Origin: Octopus bimaculoides
Lineage: Eukaryota
Direction of reading: 5' to 3'
Assembly (NCBI RefSeq): GCF_001194135.2
Contig: NC_068992.1
Span: 6,930,694 to 6,994,693, forward strand
DNA: 64,000 nucleotides
Every line of letters begins with the position of its first letter. Position 1 is the stretch's first letter. The notes beneath the pieces are model-generated. The model was given only the letters and a program-made list of their open reading frames with translations. It was not told the origin of the DNA and ran no database searches. This document shows, in pieces, positions 24,846 through 38,974 of the stretch. Position numbers and translations under genes: made by a program.

Positions 24846-25950
24846 CATCTGTGTGTGCTTATGTCTATATATACATATACGTATTTATTCATACACACAC
24901 CCATATTATAGATAGGTAGATAGACAGACAGAGAGAGTGTTATTTAAATTGCATGACAAATAACCAGTATTTCGAATTTCATAAATTTTCCTGTCAGAAG
25001 GGAAACTGTAAGGAGGACTCGTAGTTCAAGTTTTATTTATGTGAATTCTGCAGATGGATGGGTTACAGATCACAAATAAAAAGCAATACTCAACAGGAGC
25101 ATTGATTTGTGAAACATTTAGTTATGTCATGTCATGTACATTCCTTTAACAATGATAAATACCAGTTATATAAGGAAATCTAGTGAAACTCATTGCTTAG
25201 TCAAATCTTCAGAGATTATGTAACCCTCATTAGTAATTGGCTACAACAACAACTTTGTTAAATTATGTTTAGGAATCAGCTTTTATACTTACTAGAGGGA
25301 GGAAAAATGTCTTATAATAGATAAAAAGTGTTTGCGTAGCCATTGTGTCTCTGAATAGAGGAAATTTGTATATAACACTCTCAGGTTTCAGTGATCCCAT
25401 ATAATATCCTTATAATATATCAATCTTGTGGGTTAATGGGTTGCTAATTATGATGGTGACTGCACATATATTCTCAGACACACATGTAACACAAATATAT
25501 AAACACCCTTAACATAGACAAATAGGTGATATATAGAAATATTTATANNNNNNNNNNNNNNNNNNNNNNNNNNNNNNNNNNNNNNNNNNNNNNNNNNNNN
25601 NNNNNNNNNNNNNNNNNNNNNNNNNNNNNNNNNNNNNNNNNNNNNNNNNNNNNNNNNNNNNNNNNNNNNNNNNNNNNNNNNNNNNNNNNNNNNNNNNNNN
25701 NNNNNNNNNNNNNNNNNNNNNNNNNNNNNNNNNNNNNNNNNNNNNNNNNNNNNNNNNNNNNNNNNNNNNNNNNNNNNNNNNNNNNNNNNNNNNNNNNNNN
25801 NNNNNNNNNNNNNNNNNNNNNNNNNNNNNNNNNNNNNNNNNNNNNNNNNNNNNNNNNNNNNNNNNNNNNNNNNNNNNNNNNNNNNNNNNNNNNNNNNNNN
25901 NNNNNNNNNNNNNNNNNNNNNNNNNNNNNNNNNNNNNNNNNNNNNNNNNN

Positions 25951-25997
<47 letters not shown>

Positions 25998-26202
25998 TAT
26001 ATACACACACACCCACATACATAGATATACATAGTTTAGAGGAAAGAAAAGGTGATTAATGTGTTAGTATACTATGAGATTCTAATTGGGAGACAGAATA
26101 GTGTTTGTTAGGGAGCCAGTTGTAGTTTAGTAATCTTTTTAATTGAAAGAATTAAAAAGCTCAGTAAAAATCTGTTTACATGAGAATATACTCTTGTATC
26201 AT

Positions 26203-26460
26203 CATCATCATTACCATCATCATGTCTACTTTTCCATGCTTGGGTGGGTTAGTTAAAACTTATTGAGGCAGATATTCTGTGGTTGGCTTCTGTCCAAACC
26301 TCACCTCTTTCCAAAGAATATAATATCCCCCAGGGTCATATATGTTTTCATATTAGATTGGAAATGAGAGACACCACTGGTATGGTAGTGATGCTTGTTT
26401 ACAACTGGTGTGTGATGTTACAACAAGGAGGTGCAAGTACACACACACTCTCTCTTCAAA
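26203..26460 (-). mobile_element. tail type 2 fragment
   Basis: (CAT)n then TGTCTACTTTTCCATGCTTGGG...GAGGCAGATATTCT...CCTCACCT.TTTCCAAAG. Confidence 0.6.
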
Positions 26461-27029
26461 CTCATTGATAGATAGATAGACAGAATCAATAATTTCCTTT
26501 GATTTTTTCATTTACTTTTTTAAATTGAAGACATCAGCAGTATTACTTATTAACTTTCTTCTGATGTATAATGCAAATATTTTCATAGCCTTTACACTGT
26601 AGTCATTATATATTCCAGTAATCAGAAGAACCAACCATATCTGTTGTCATTAGCACATACATTATAAATCAGAAATATATGGAATTGTTGATTTTGGTGG
26701 GCCTCTCAGTATTTAGTGTTTCGGTTCAGTTTATCAATACTTTGTGAAAGATTATGAAGAATTCTGCAGACACTGAAGCTCTTTCTAGTTTTATTCCTTT
26801 AAAAATTACTTAAAACAACTGAGAACCTTACTAAATTATTGAAAAAGATGACACGAGTTCAATGAGAGTATTCTAGCAGATAGCGAATGCAATGTAAATT
26901 ATATTCTGAATTCTCAATTTTAAATCCAACAGAGAGATTAAGAAGCAACAATATTAATTTATTATAACAAATCTGATATTATTAGGTATGCAGCTGAGAA
27001 GTAGCTAAGAAGATACAGAAACAATATTT

Positions 27030-27425
27030 ATCTTTTACTTGTTTCAATCATTGGACTGCAGCAAATTAACTCTGGTACTCTAGTTTTTATTCTATCAGTC
27101 ATTTTTGCCAAACTGCTAAGTTACAGGGACATAAACAAATCATGCTGGTTGTCAAGCAGTGGCACTGATGGGGGTGGGGCAAACGCAAACACACACTCTA
27201 GCACACATATATACATACACCCACACACCCATACACACTCTCTCTCTCTCTCACTCACACATACATACACACATATGCACATATATAAAACAGTCTTCTT
27301 TCAATTTCTGTCTAAGGCTTTGATTGTCCTGGAACTATCGAAGACATTTGCCCTTTGTGCTGTGCAGTGGGATTAGATCCAAGACCATATAGTTGGGAAG
27401 CAAGCTTCTTAACCACTCAGCTACA
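27030..27425 (-). mobile_element. Family A SINE head + tail type 1, decayed
   Basis: TTTACTTGTTTCAATCATTGGACTGC, GCTAAGTTACAGGGAC and reverse head remnants. Confidence 0.65.
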
Positions 27426-28739
27426 CGTAAAGAAAAAATCATAAAGGCTTATATCGGACATATTTAGGAAAACTTTTTTGTTTTACAAATGAGTAGGATC
27501 AGGTCAAAGATATAAATGCCAAGACTTACCCTTCTAACACTATTTATGCAATTAACACCTTTAGAGGAAATTAAATATAACTCCTGCATACAAAACCTTT
27601 CAATTAGATAAGTTTTTTATAACAGTTTTATTTCTCCTCTTATCAACAACAGATTTTATGTTGCTTTTTGATCAATAGAAATCTTTTCTATCAATCAAAC
27701 TTACTTCTTTTCTTTAGTGCATGAAATAAAGGCCATATAAGGAAGTAAAGAATACTTTCGAATATTATACAGACTGAAAATGATTTTAGTTTTTTGCGAT
27801 CACTTTACTTTTTGGCATGTAGTTTGTAGCATCATTCTTATATATACATATATATTCAATGTATAAAATACCAAAGTGTTTTTTATTGTAGAATTCATTG
27901 AATTGACAATCTAATGTCTAGAAGCACTATAGAATTTCTTTTAGAAGTTTAAATATAAAACCAAGTTGTTTTCAGCTTGGCAAAAACTTTACAAATACAT
28001 AAATCTTAGTTCATTGTGTTTACTGAACTGTGAAAAAAGATTTGCTATGTTAAGTGTCATATCAAATAAGAACTGCTACAATCAGAATATAAAAACGATT
28101 CATATAACATTGGTATAATTTGGTTCTCTTAAGCAACAAAAATGTTTTAGTTATTGAGTGCCAACTTAAAAAATACTAAATATTTCAAATCCTGATAGAT
28201 TTTGACATTTTCTGAAAACTCTGGATTTATGGGTGTGTATGCATGCTTGCATTTGTTTGTGTGAGAGCATGTGTGATGATATAAACGCATTTAGGTATGT
28301 GTGTGTATTTGTTTTTGCACACGTGTTTGTTGCATGTATTTGTGTTTGCTGTCTGTGTTGTTTGTGTGTGTGTGTGTGTGTGTATGTACGTGTACATATC
28401 AATTCAATGCATCAAAAAGCATATAAATGGAATGCTATCTTACAAATCTACATTTTTAACCTGATACATGAAAATATGAAACTTGCCATGAAATATTAAT
28501 GTTGAAATATTGCTGTGTGTGTGTATGTGTGTGTGTGTGTGTGTCTGTGTCTGTGTATGTGTGTGTGTGTACAAAAGTATATAACTACAAATTTTATTTT
28601 TGCAAGAGATGTGTTATAAGTAGAATTTCCCATTGTAAGTTTTTACTTGGTGAAAGTTTGTTGTTGTTTGTATTGACCTGTGCTGAATTCTTGACAGCAG
28701 CATCTCTTAATTCTTCTTCCAGTTCTTCTGTTATTCATT

Positions 28740-29190
28740 GTCAAACCTCAAAGGTACCTTGGTCAATTGTCTTCTAATCTACTCAACCATATCTTTGGGT
28801 TAATCCCAGCCTTATGAGCGAATTTCATAGACATAAGCTGAGCAAAAACTGCTGAATAGACTAGGAGTGCCACTGTTTTGCAATGCTATATAGCAGGTCT
28901 CTGATTATAAGATACAAACCTTCTTTCCTCCTACCATGTGTCATGGTGTCATCCCTCCTTTTGCTTGCCATTCTTGCAGACTCTGCAAAAAAATGTAATG
29001 GCAGATGTTCTTCCTCTGATTTTACCATTAAGAAAGGCCATCTTTAAAATAAGAATATGGGAAAGACATTTTGCGATCAAGAATGGTCTGCTCTTTTAAC
29101 CAATTACGCAGAGCCAGATTAAGTTCTGCATGTTTCCCTAAGCTTAGCCTAACATTGGAGTCCATGCAATCTCTCCATACCTAGTTAAGA
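28740..29190 (-). mobile_element. possible RTE-clade LINE 3' relic
   Basis: Minus frames give TRYGEIAWT (cf. LLYGSEAWT) and IFLF*RWP (cf. RIL.I.W.D) with many stops and frameshifts. Confidence 0.35.
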
Positions 29191-29469
29191 AGACATAAAG
29201 ACAAAACTGCTGAATATGAAATTGTAAATAGAAAATTGTTGTTTTAACCCTAATTGGACTTACTTAATCAGCCCTATGGACAGTGGTGTTTTAGTCCTGT
29301 TCAATCTGTTTTTATTCTGACATATTGGATTACATTGTCCACTGTAATCACTTTGATTTAAGCAGAGTTTGACTGTTGTTTGAAGTTGCTGAAAAGGTCA
29401 CAAAGACTCTTCTCTTGTTAGGTTATTTCTATTTTTCATTTATGGTTAAGGAAATTTAAATTTGAATGA

Positions 29470-29694
29470 TCTTTTTATCTTTAACTTGGTTCAGTCAATA
29501 GATTGTGGCCATGCCGGGGCACTGTCTTGAATTTCTAGTCAAATGAATCAATCCCAGCACTTTTTTTTTTTAAGCCTGGTACTTTTATTCTATCAATCTC
29601 ATTTGCTGAACCACCAAGTTATGGGGACATAAACACACCAACACAAGTTGTCAAGCAGTGGTTTGGGGACAAACACAGACACAAAGACACACAC

Positions 29695-29761
<67 letters not shown>

Positions 29762-29900
29762 ATGGGCTTCTTTCAGTTTCCATCTACCAAATCCACTCAC
29801 AAGGCTTTGGTCGGCCTGAGGCTATAGTAGAAGACACTTGCCCAAGGTGCTATGCAATGGGACTGAACACAGAACCATGTGGTTAGGAAGCAAGCTTTTT
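29470..29900 (-). mobile_element. Family A SINE head + (AT)n/(CA)n + tail type 1
   Basis: Reverse head close to the 1147 copy (CAAATCCACTCACAAGGCTTTGGTCGGCCTGAGGCTATAGTAGAAGACACTTGCCCAAGGTGC) with an internal (AT)n at 29697-29750. Confidence 0.85.
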
Positions 29901-30443
29901 AACATGGGGTCAGGCTTGTTGATTTTCCTTTTTCTTTTGAGTATAGAAATATTAGCCAGAACATGTACAATACAATTTCAAAGAGTTCAGTTTCACAAAT
30001 AAAAGTAGAAAGTAGATGAACAGCAATAATGATGGTTTCTGTAAAGAGATGATAGTTATTGGTTATTGTGAATATTGATCTGGTCCTTAGTGACGTATGA
30101 GTGATTGATTTAAGTGACTGTTATGTTGGTTAAAAGTCATGTAAGTATCTAAATTAACACCCAGATTTTGAACACTTGAGAAATAGCTCTGTAGGTGCCA
30201 TATTGACAAGATGTTTTCAATAACAAATCTTTCACCGATGTTCTATACCAGAAAATTTGTGGTTTGTTAATTTGGTAATGACCATCACTCTATTTATTGA
30301 TATTTTAACATTGATCAATAAACCAATTTTGGAAAGATTTGTATTATCAGCATAACTCATTTTTAAAGATTTGTATTACCAACATGACCCTTTGCATTGA
30401 ACTAGGGATACAATCAGTGTGTAAGTAAATCCAATAATAATAA

Positions 30444-30640
30444 TCATCATCATCAACATTTAACATCTGCTTTCCATGCTGGCATGGGTTGGGTGGCTTG
30501 ACAGGAACTGGCAAGGCCATGGGCTGCACCAGGTTTTATAATCTGTTTTGGCTTGGCTTCTATGGCTGGATGCCCTTCCTAACATCACCAACCAATTTAC
30601 AAAGTGTACTGAGTACTTTTTGCCCAGAACCAGCACTCAC
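30444..30640 (-). mobile_element. Family B element
   Basis: CATCATCATCAACATTTAACATCTGCTTTCCATGCTGGCATGGGTTGG...GGCTGGATGCCCTTCCTAAC. Confidence 0.7.
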
Positions 30641-30837
30641 ACCAATGCTTTTTATGTTGCTCCTGGTTTTAGGATCTCAATTCTGTTGTGGTCCTGGTCC
30701 CCTATCATCTTCTTTGTAAGGCTCAGTATTTTGAGATTGGCCTTTCACGCTTCATCCCATGTCTTCCTGGGTCTCCCTCTTCCACAACTTCCCTCCACTT
30801 ACACTGGAGTGAAGTTGTGGAAACCTAATAATAATAA

Positions 30838-31165
30838 TGGTTTCTAATTTTGGCACAAAGCCAGCAATTTTGAGGGAAGGAAATTAGCCGCTATCATCAA
30901 ACCTAGTACTGGGCTGATACATTATTAGAGTCAAAGAGATGAAAGATAAAATTGACTTTGGTGGAATTTAACTCAAAATGTGAAGTGCACAAGAGGAGGA
31001 TGTTAGTTGATAACATTGGACCCCAATATTTTACTGGTACTTTATTTTATAGGCCTTAGCAGGATGAAAAGTGAAGTTGAGATCAGTGGGATTTGAACTC
31101 AGAATGTAAAGAGCCAAAACAAATATTTTAAGGCATTTTCCTAATCATTTCAACAATTCTGCCAA
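30838..31165 (-). mobile_element. two tandem Family C SINE copies
   Basis: GGCACAAAGCC...GATGAAAGATAAAATTGACTTTGGTGGAATTTAACTC, and a second copy with GGATGAAAAGTGAAGTTGA..GGGATTTGAACTCAGAATG. Confidence 0.65.
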
Positions 31166-31994
31166 TCCAAATAAAGATTTTTAAAAACTGATGGTAAAAA
31201 AATATCTCTCTGCTTTTAAATCAAAATATACTTTTCTTTCTTGTGTCAAGTTCTTATTTCTGTGATTTAAATTGTTGCTCATGTTGTTAGTTGAATCTTA
31301 GAATGTTGCAGCTAAATGAATTCTGTGAGTCTTTCTGTATTTTTCTTGGTTGCACCTCCTTTTTCTAGTTTACAATTTCCTTTCAGCTAAAATTTGGTTT
31401 CTCATTACTCAATATTCAATATGTTAATTTCTATATTTACCATCTCTCAACATTACTGTGTCTTTGATTCCTCTGGTTCACAAACTTTCTTCATCCTTCA
31501 CAGATTCATTAAATATTTATAGTAGATCAATCTCATTTCTTTCCTGTTGATTCCTCACAATTATTCTTACCTTTATCACCCACACTACACCAAAATATCT
31601 CTCATACTTTACACTGCATACATTTAGTAAATGAGTTCTTTGATGTCATCAAATATGATTCTTTGAAATATTCAATGATTTCTATATAATAGGTCTGTTT
31701 GATATCAGAACACAATCACTACTTCTCATGAGTCTTCACTTTATTCCTTGGTTCTTTGAACTTAGTGCTATATTTGGTAATTTAAATGTATACTATTTTA
31801 TGAAATAGTCAATGTCGTGCTCAGAAACCAGAAATCTAAGCCATCAGATTTAAGCTTAATTACATTTATTGAAAATGTATTTTTCAAAAACATTTCTATC
31901 TTTGTTTTTTTTTACTTTACAAGAAGGGCTATGCCCAAGACCTTCATGGGACCTCTGGGCCCAGTTAGATCAATGCAGTTAACATTCTACTCAT

Positions 31995-32250
31995 ACAAGC
32001 TGCAAGAGAAAAATGTGAAGAGAAGCAACTCTAGAGGAATAACATTTTGGGAGATGAAGCCCTGGACTACATAGTTTGTATGGAACGTGGAAGATATGTG
32101 CAACATAGGCAATGAAAGGAGAAGAGACAAATGAGTTGGGTGTGCCTAGTGAAGAGAGCATGGAACTGTCCAGCTCTGAGAAAAAGAGACCCCTGTGGTT
32201 GTACACAAGGCAAAGAGTAATATCATGTCCGCATCCATGGGCTAGAGGTT
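31995..32250 (-). mobile_element. possible CR1/L2 AP-endonuclease relic
   Basis: Minus frame LVYNHRGLFFSELDSSMLSSL...AHIFHV loosely follows the YRPP...F..EL...L..L...GDFN.H spacing. Weak. Confidence 0.3.
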
Positions 32251-32544
32251 GTAGTGTGATGGTGAATGTATGTCAATCTGTCTTCATTTTTTCAATAATA
32301 AAATATTGTTTTGAAATCAAAGTAATGTTTGGTGTTGGTCAGTCCTAATTGAGAAGATTTTTAATCAAAAATGTTCCAGCCTTGACCATCCCATATTTTC
32401 GTATGTGCAAGACAACATATTGTATATTTTTTACCTTCTTGTCTCAAAGCAGCCGGGTAGGAGCTAAGTGAACTTGACTGCTATTTCTAGCTGGTGTAGC
32501 AACCAAATAGTGACTCGCTCAAATGGGAGATAGCGATGTTGGGC

Positions 32545-32745
32545 CCTAAATCAATTCTGATTCAGCTGACCTATAGTCAAGAGGCATTCTAGCCATGACA
32601 ATTTTATCTTTTTTTAGGAAAAAAAGAATTACATTTAAAGTGTCCTTTTTTTTTCTACTTAAAATGACAGGGCATGATTTGAGGAAGTTTTAGCTGCTAT
32701 TTGTAATAGATTGAGAGACCACATAGAAACTCCTTTTGCTGTTGC
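32545..32745. mobile_element. Family D repeat
   Basis: CCCTAAATCA..CTGA..CAG.TGACCTATAGTCAAGAGGCATTCTAGCCATGAC...GTTTTAGCTGCTATTT. Confidence 0.55.
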
Positions 32746-33994
32746 TGTAATAGTGGTCAGCTTTGATAAGAAAATCTATGATTAAAAGATTTTTCAGCTT
32801 TCTTTTTTGAGACCAAGTATTAAAACAAAGTTATCCAATTTTAAAGATGGTAGAATGTGATCTTGCTAATATTTCAAGGAGGCTAAACAACCACATAGGG
32901 GTTCCCTTGTTAACTCAAAACCAAAAGCTGAATCCATTATATTTCTATCTGCACAGTTTGTTTTTTTCATATTGTAGAAGTGTAAAAAATTGTACAACAT
33001 TTTATTGCCTAAACACTTTAGTACTATGGAAAATAGTACAATATTTTAATTTAAGTTAAAATCCACAAACTTGTGAGACAACCACGTGGAGATCACTCAA
33101 CCTTTTGGCAAATATACTTCAGATCATAGCTTTGCATCCTAAACAAAAGTAATGACCAACTGTATAATGTAGTCCAGGATAAATTATAAGAAGTAGTGGT
33201 CACTTTTAGAAAACTTTGGATCATAAGTTTGTTTGATCAAGACTGATGAAGGCTTAAACAATAGCAATTAATTATAAACTTGGTTAAGCTATCTCTTTCT
33301 CTTTCATTCTCATTGACTTTCATTTTCTCTTTATCTCTCTCTAATTCTATTTCTGAACTGTCTCTGATTTATTCTTAATCAATAGCTATTTTTGATAATT
33401 TTGCGAATCCAGATAACCACTAAATATGTTGTTTGTTATATGTTGGTGATTTTCTATGACACATATAAAATTAAGATTCTCTTTCTCCCCATATTTCATA
33501 TTTATATAATCAAGCATATTTTCAAATGACACTAGACCACCAAGAAACTAAATCAGGCATTCTAAGTTTATTTTCTTCCATAAGGATTTCTTCCAGAAAT
33601 GGATTACCTTCATTCTTCATTTGTTATTTCCTATTAAGAATACAATACAACAAATTAACCTCTTTGTGAACTTATTTATAATGAAGTATACTCTCTATGC
33701 ATTTCAATTAATCTTATAAAATAATCAAACATTTTCAAGTTATTTGCATATAAAAAAAACTTTTCATTATTAAACTGGCATTTGGAACATAACAAAAGGT
33801 TTTATACACAATTACGATGGAATGCCTTAATTTTAACATTGGCACTGAAAGGGTTAAAAAAGGCTACAATATTTATTTATAAATCAAATTAGAATTCTGT
33901 TTCTTTTTGCTTATCAAAAATGCAAATCTTCAGTCATTATCATGTAAATACTTGAGAGCAGTTTTCATTAAAGAAGTTTTTTTTTTTTTTTGTG

Positions 33995-34412
33995 GTACAG
34001 GCATGTCTATAAGGCTAAGAAGTTTACTTCCCGAGTACATGGTTTCAGGTTCGATCACACTGTACAGCATCGTGGGCAAGTGTCTTCTATTATACTACAG
34101 GTCCAGACTGATCAAAGCCTTGTGCATTGATTTGGAAGACAGAAATTGAAAGAACCCCATCATATAAGTGTGTGTGTGTGTGTGTGTGTGTCCTTGTATT
34201 GACATCATGTGTTCATTGTAAATGAATGTCATTCATTTACAACATTCTGCATAAAGATATCTGGCCTTGGAGAAATATTACCTTGCTTGGAAACAAGTAG
34301 AGATTGGTGACAGTAAGGGCATCCAGCCAGAGAAAATCTGCCTCAATATACTCTCTCTGACCCATGCAAGCATAGAAAAGTGGACATTAAAATGATAAAG
34401 GTGTTGATGACA
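33995..34412 (+). mobile_element. Family A SINE head + tail type 2
   Basis: CAGGTTCGATC B-box, GGGCAAGTGTCTTCTA, (GT)n, tail 2 ending CCCATGCAAGCATAGAAAAGTGGACATTAAAATGAT. Confidence 0.8.
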
Positions 34413-35939
34413 TGGATGGTCATAACAGCTGGATAATAAATTGCATCCTACTGTACGAAATGGATAAATAGAAGCAACATGGATAAATAGAAGCAACATG
34501 CACTCTTTCAAGTTGTATACCAGATGCGTTTTGTTTTATTAGGCAATATATTTTGTATATGATAATAAAGAACAGCAAATAGTTGTATAAAATAGATTTT
34601 TGTTAGTGATAGATGTTTTCTATAAATGATGAATAGGAAGACTTATTTTCATTATTGATATTCCATAAATTTATTGACTAATTGATTTTTATGAAAATAA
34701 CAATGATATTTTGAGTGAGTATAATTTTTATATTATTTGTGTTTACATTTATTGAAAGGTGATCAGTTGTAATTTAATTGATTGCTGATTTTTACAAAAA
34801 GCATTAAGAGATTTAAGCCACAAAGAATTGCATATTGTTGAAGATATATAAAATTGCAATGACAAATCTCTCAGCCTTTCTTAAACTCTTAATCAATCCA
34901 GTTGATTAACATGAAGTGATCTCCAAATTATGCTCAGTTCATTCCACTCAAGTCAGATCTTGTAGAAATTTATTCCAGTTTCCAAACATCCACAGCGTTA
35001 TAGAGCTTTGAAATTCTACTTCACTTAGATATTGTGTATTAATGCATTGAGTTGAGGGAGGATTGTTTGTTGTTGTTATTTTTTGTTTGTTTGGTTGGTT
35101 TTGTTATTGCTATCATTTAATCTATTTCTTAAAAACATAATCTAATTTATGATGGATTTTAATATTAATATCTTGATTGTTTAATACACAACAAAGTCTA
35201 AAGAAAAACTTTGTTTATTCCAAATATCAAAGAATCAAGACACATTTTCCCCTCTCTAAGTTCTTTTATATTAAACAAGAGAGAAATGCATTTTTCCATG
35301 GCTAGAACAAAAGTCATTCACAGAGAACTTTTCTAATCAAAGAAATTGAACTTAGTACATGAAGCCACAAAATCTGATCACTACCACTATTTACATGGTA
35401 CCATCCAAAGTTAGCTTACCTTGAATTGGTCATTGATAGCTTATTACTCTAATTAATAACATCACATATTCTTATGATGAGATACAAACCAATGATTTCT
35501 GTGATGCATCTCTGTATCTCATCATTTCAGAGCCATGACTTCCTTATATAATGCATATGGTAACTTCTTTTTCAGGCTGAAGGCCTATTCAAGGCTTTTA
35601 TGCAAGGGCAACAGTTGTTCGTTCCTTCAAGTCTCCCGTCACCATATTACTGCTGTTGTTCTAAGGAAAGGCCAGGGTTGATACAGTTTGAAACTAATGT
35701 TGTTGTAAACATTGGCATTAAAAGACAAACGGTGAAAACGTATACTATAAGGCAACTTGTCCGACATGTAAACAATTCTACCAATCCTCCATCCTTGTTT
35801 TTTACTTTATTTATCAACCCTAAAAGAATGAACGATAATGTTGATCGCAGTTGGATTTGAACTCACAATACAGAGAATCAAAGCAAATACCACAAAACGC
35901 TCTAATAACTCTACTTATTCACCATCATTTGTAAAGTAA

Positions 35940-36275
35940 TCATCATATTGTTTTAATGCCAACTTTTCCATGCTTGCAAAGATTGGACAGAGTTTATTGA
36001 AGCAAATTTTCCACAGAATATTGGAAATGACTGTCTATATGACACACACAACTATCACACAATGTCAAGACAAGGGAACATACACACTCACTTCTATCTA
36101 TCTATTAACACACACACACACATGCCTGCACAATGGGTTTATTTCAGTTTCCCTACCAGATCCACCCATAAGGCTTTGCTCAGACAAGAGCTATACCTAA
36201 GGTGCCATCCAGTGGGACTGAACCTGAAACTAGACCATGTGATTGAGAAGTAAGCTTTTTAAGCATACAGCCATG
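35940..36275 (-). mobile_element. Family A SINE head + truncated tail type 2
   Basis: TTTAATGCCAACTTTTCCATGCTTGC at left; GTGGGACTGAACC reverse B-box at right. Confidence 0.65.
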
Positions 36276-36689
36276 CTAAAAGATAATGCAGAGGTCAGAA
36301 TATATTAGGACCTCATTAACTATATTGAAAACAAAATAATGATGTAAAAAAAAAATTTGAAAACAATCTATAAAACCACATTATGCTCCAGAAAACTTTT
36401 CTAATGGCATCAATATTTAGCGATTTTTCCTTTTTATTTTTTAAGGATATATTTATATAGTTTGTTTATCTTGTTATTAGCCTCAGGTGTTATTTGCAAA
36501 CTTTTGACACATCTTATTTGGTAAAAAAATGCAGTTTACTTAAAGAAACTAACCTAATTGCTTCTAATGATTTATAATGGTATAATTTGTTTTGTTTTTG
36601 CTTTTTAAACTTTAGGCTAAGACTGACTGATAGTGTTTTCTTTCTCAAATATAATACAGTTTTGTAAAAAATTTTTTAATCAACCAATA

Positions 36690-36910
36690 TGGGTGCAGGC
36701 ATGGCTGAGTGGTTAGGAAGTTCATTTACAATCACAAGATTCTGGGTTCAATCATATGGTACAGCACTATGGGCAAGTGTTTTCTACCACAGAATTGAAC
36801 TGGTTTCAAATTTTGGTATAGGGCCAGTAATCTCAGGGAAAGGAATAAGACAATTACATTGACCCAAGTGCTCAACTGGTACTTACCTTATTGGCCCCAG
36901 CAAGGAAAGG
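36690..36910. mobile_element. Family A head (+) abutting a Family C fragment (-)
   Basis: GGGTGCAGGCATGGCTGAGTGGTTAGG...GGGTTCAATC, then GACCCAAGTGCTCAACTGGTACTTA. Confidence 0.55.
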
Positions 36911-37325
36911 GTAATCTGGAATTGAGTTATAGAATACCTTCCACTGGTATGATCTGCACCAAAGAGTTTCCTTCTTCTGTGTTAGTCTTTATTGTTACAA
37001 TTTATAGGGCAATATGTTAAATTTGTTGCCAATGGAGAGGAAGTAAATATCTATAGATTCATAGTGGTTGTGTATAGATTGGTGTGCCTATAGTTAAATG
37101 ATTAAGAAGTTAGCATTGCAATCACAAGGACCTGGAGGTTATGGGAGAAGATAGTAGCCCAAAAGAATGTTCTTCTGTTTCACTCAAAAGGCATTGGTCA
37201 ACTCAAGACCTGTAGGAGAAGCTACTTTCCCAGTGTTCCACACAGTGGGACAGAACTTTAAACCGAATGGTAACAAAGTGAACTCCATATCCACACAGCC
37301 ATGCCTCTGTATTTATGTGTGTGTG

Positions 37326-37369
<44 letters not shown>

Positions 37370-38502
37370 NNNNNNNNNNNNNNNNNNNNNNNNNNNNNNN
37401 NNNNNNNNNNNNNNNNNNNNNNNNNNNNNNNNNNNNNNNNNNNNNNNNNNNNNNNNNNNNNNNNNNNNNNNNNNNNNNNNNNNNNNNNNNNNNNNNNNNN
37501 NNNNNNNNNNNNNNNNNNNNNNNNNNNNNNNNNNNNNNNNNNNNNNNNNNNNNNNNNNNNNNNNNNNNNNNNNNNNNNNNNNNNNNNNNNNNNNNNNNNN
37601 NNNNNNNNNNNNNNNNNNNNNNNNNNNNNNNNNNNNNNNNNNNNNNNNNNNNNNNNNNNNNNNNNNNNNNNNNNNNNNNNNNNNNNNNNNNNNNNNNNNN
37701 NNNNNNNNNNNNNNNNNNNNNNNNNNNNNNNNNNNNNNNNNNNNNNNNNNNNNNNNNNNNNNNNNNNNNNNNNNNNNNNNNNNNNNNNNNNNNNNNNNNN
37801 NNNNNNNNNNNNNNNNNNNNNNNNNNNNNNNNNNNNNNNNNNNNNNNNNNNNNNNNNNNNNNNNNNNNNNNNNNNNNNNNNNNNNNNNNNNNNNNNNNNN
37901 NNNNNNNNNNNNNNNTAATTTAGTCTACTTTGATATTGCAATTATGGATAAGCTCCCTATTTTAATGTAAATGATAGCTTTCACATTTATCATGAATTTT
38001 CATCTAACTTAATGCCACACAAGATATCCTGTTCCTACTTAATTATCTTTTCAAGTCCATTTTCTGTATTCTATTGAGCTAATATGGAATTTGCAATATG
38101 TTTTCTTAATATAGAATAATATTAATTTAAGTTGCAGAATGAAACACAAATTACCTTAGCAAACTCCTGCATATATTTGGTGATTTTTTTAAAAAGTTTA
38201 TACAGGAAGGAAATTTAGCTTACTGGAAAAAGGAACATCGAATATTTCTCAACCATTAAATCAGCACATTATTTTTGAGGATTGGATCCAAAGATAATCT
38301 GGTTCTTACTATATCAGTCTGTCATTGCTATCCAATATAGTTCTGTTAATATCTTTTTTTGCTTTCCTTTGAATAATACTGGAAGAAAGATAGGATTTGA
38401 TTATTGGGTGATTATTAATTTCAAGACAGAATCTTAAATGTTAATTCAGACTTAGGTCTTGCACAATTCCTTTTATCCCCCTTTTATCTTTGTTTATTTA
38501 TT

Positions 38503-38554
<52 letters not shown>

Positions 38555-38974
38555 ATTATTCCTCCTTTTCTTTCCTATTATGTATTTGTCATACTATCTC
38601 TCTCTACATCTTTCTCTTTTTCTCTCTCTCTCCTTTTTTTCTCTACTTATCTGTCTACCATGTTATCACTCGACCTCCACTCCCATCTAACCTTATCTGC
38701 CCCACTTTCATCTCATCCCTGTCTCCTCTCCCTCCAGGTAAAATCTAAAAGTTGCTCACTGAATTAGTTTCTTCTTTCACAGTTTAAAAATAACCTCATC
38801 ATAGTAATATGAAAAGTAATCAACAGACAATATATTCCATCAATAATTTATTTGTGGCAACTTTCATATTTTGATCAATACAACCTGATTACCAGTTTCA
38901 ACTCAGGAGCCATCATGTTATAATTTCATATCTTCATACTTGTTCAATAATATTTTATTTTAATGAGCCAACAT

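Noticed and set aside
27524-27600. Minus-strand 54-nt candidate exon (27583-27530); similar ones near 21040-21110 and 50600-50650
   Set aside because: Mediocre acceptors or tiny size; one open frame over such lengths is common by chance; peptides not recognisable.
34460-34500. 19-bp tandem duplication ATGGATAAATAGAAGCAAC
   Set aside because: Ordinary slippage-type duplication with no further structure.
36880-36890. Minus-strand AG|GTAAGT motifs here and at ~44529
   Set aside because: Both lie inside SINE copies and lack an upstream pyrimidine tract or branch point.
38700-38743. Second possible recursive site CCCTGTCTCCTCTCCCTCCAG|GTAAAA
   Set aside because: The regenerated donor is weak, there is no downstream donor, and the pyrimidine tract is part of a (CT)-rich low-complexity region.
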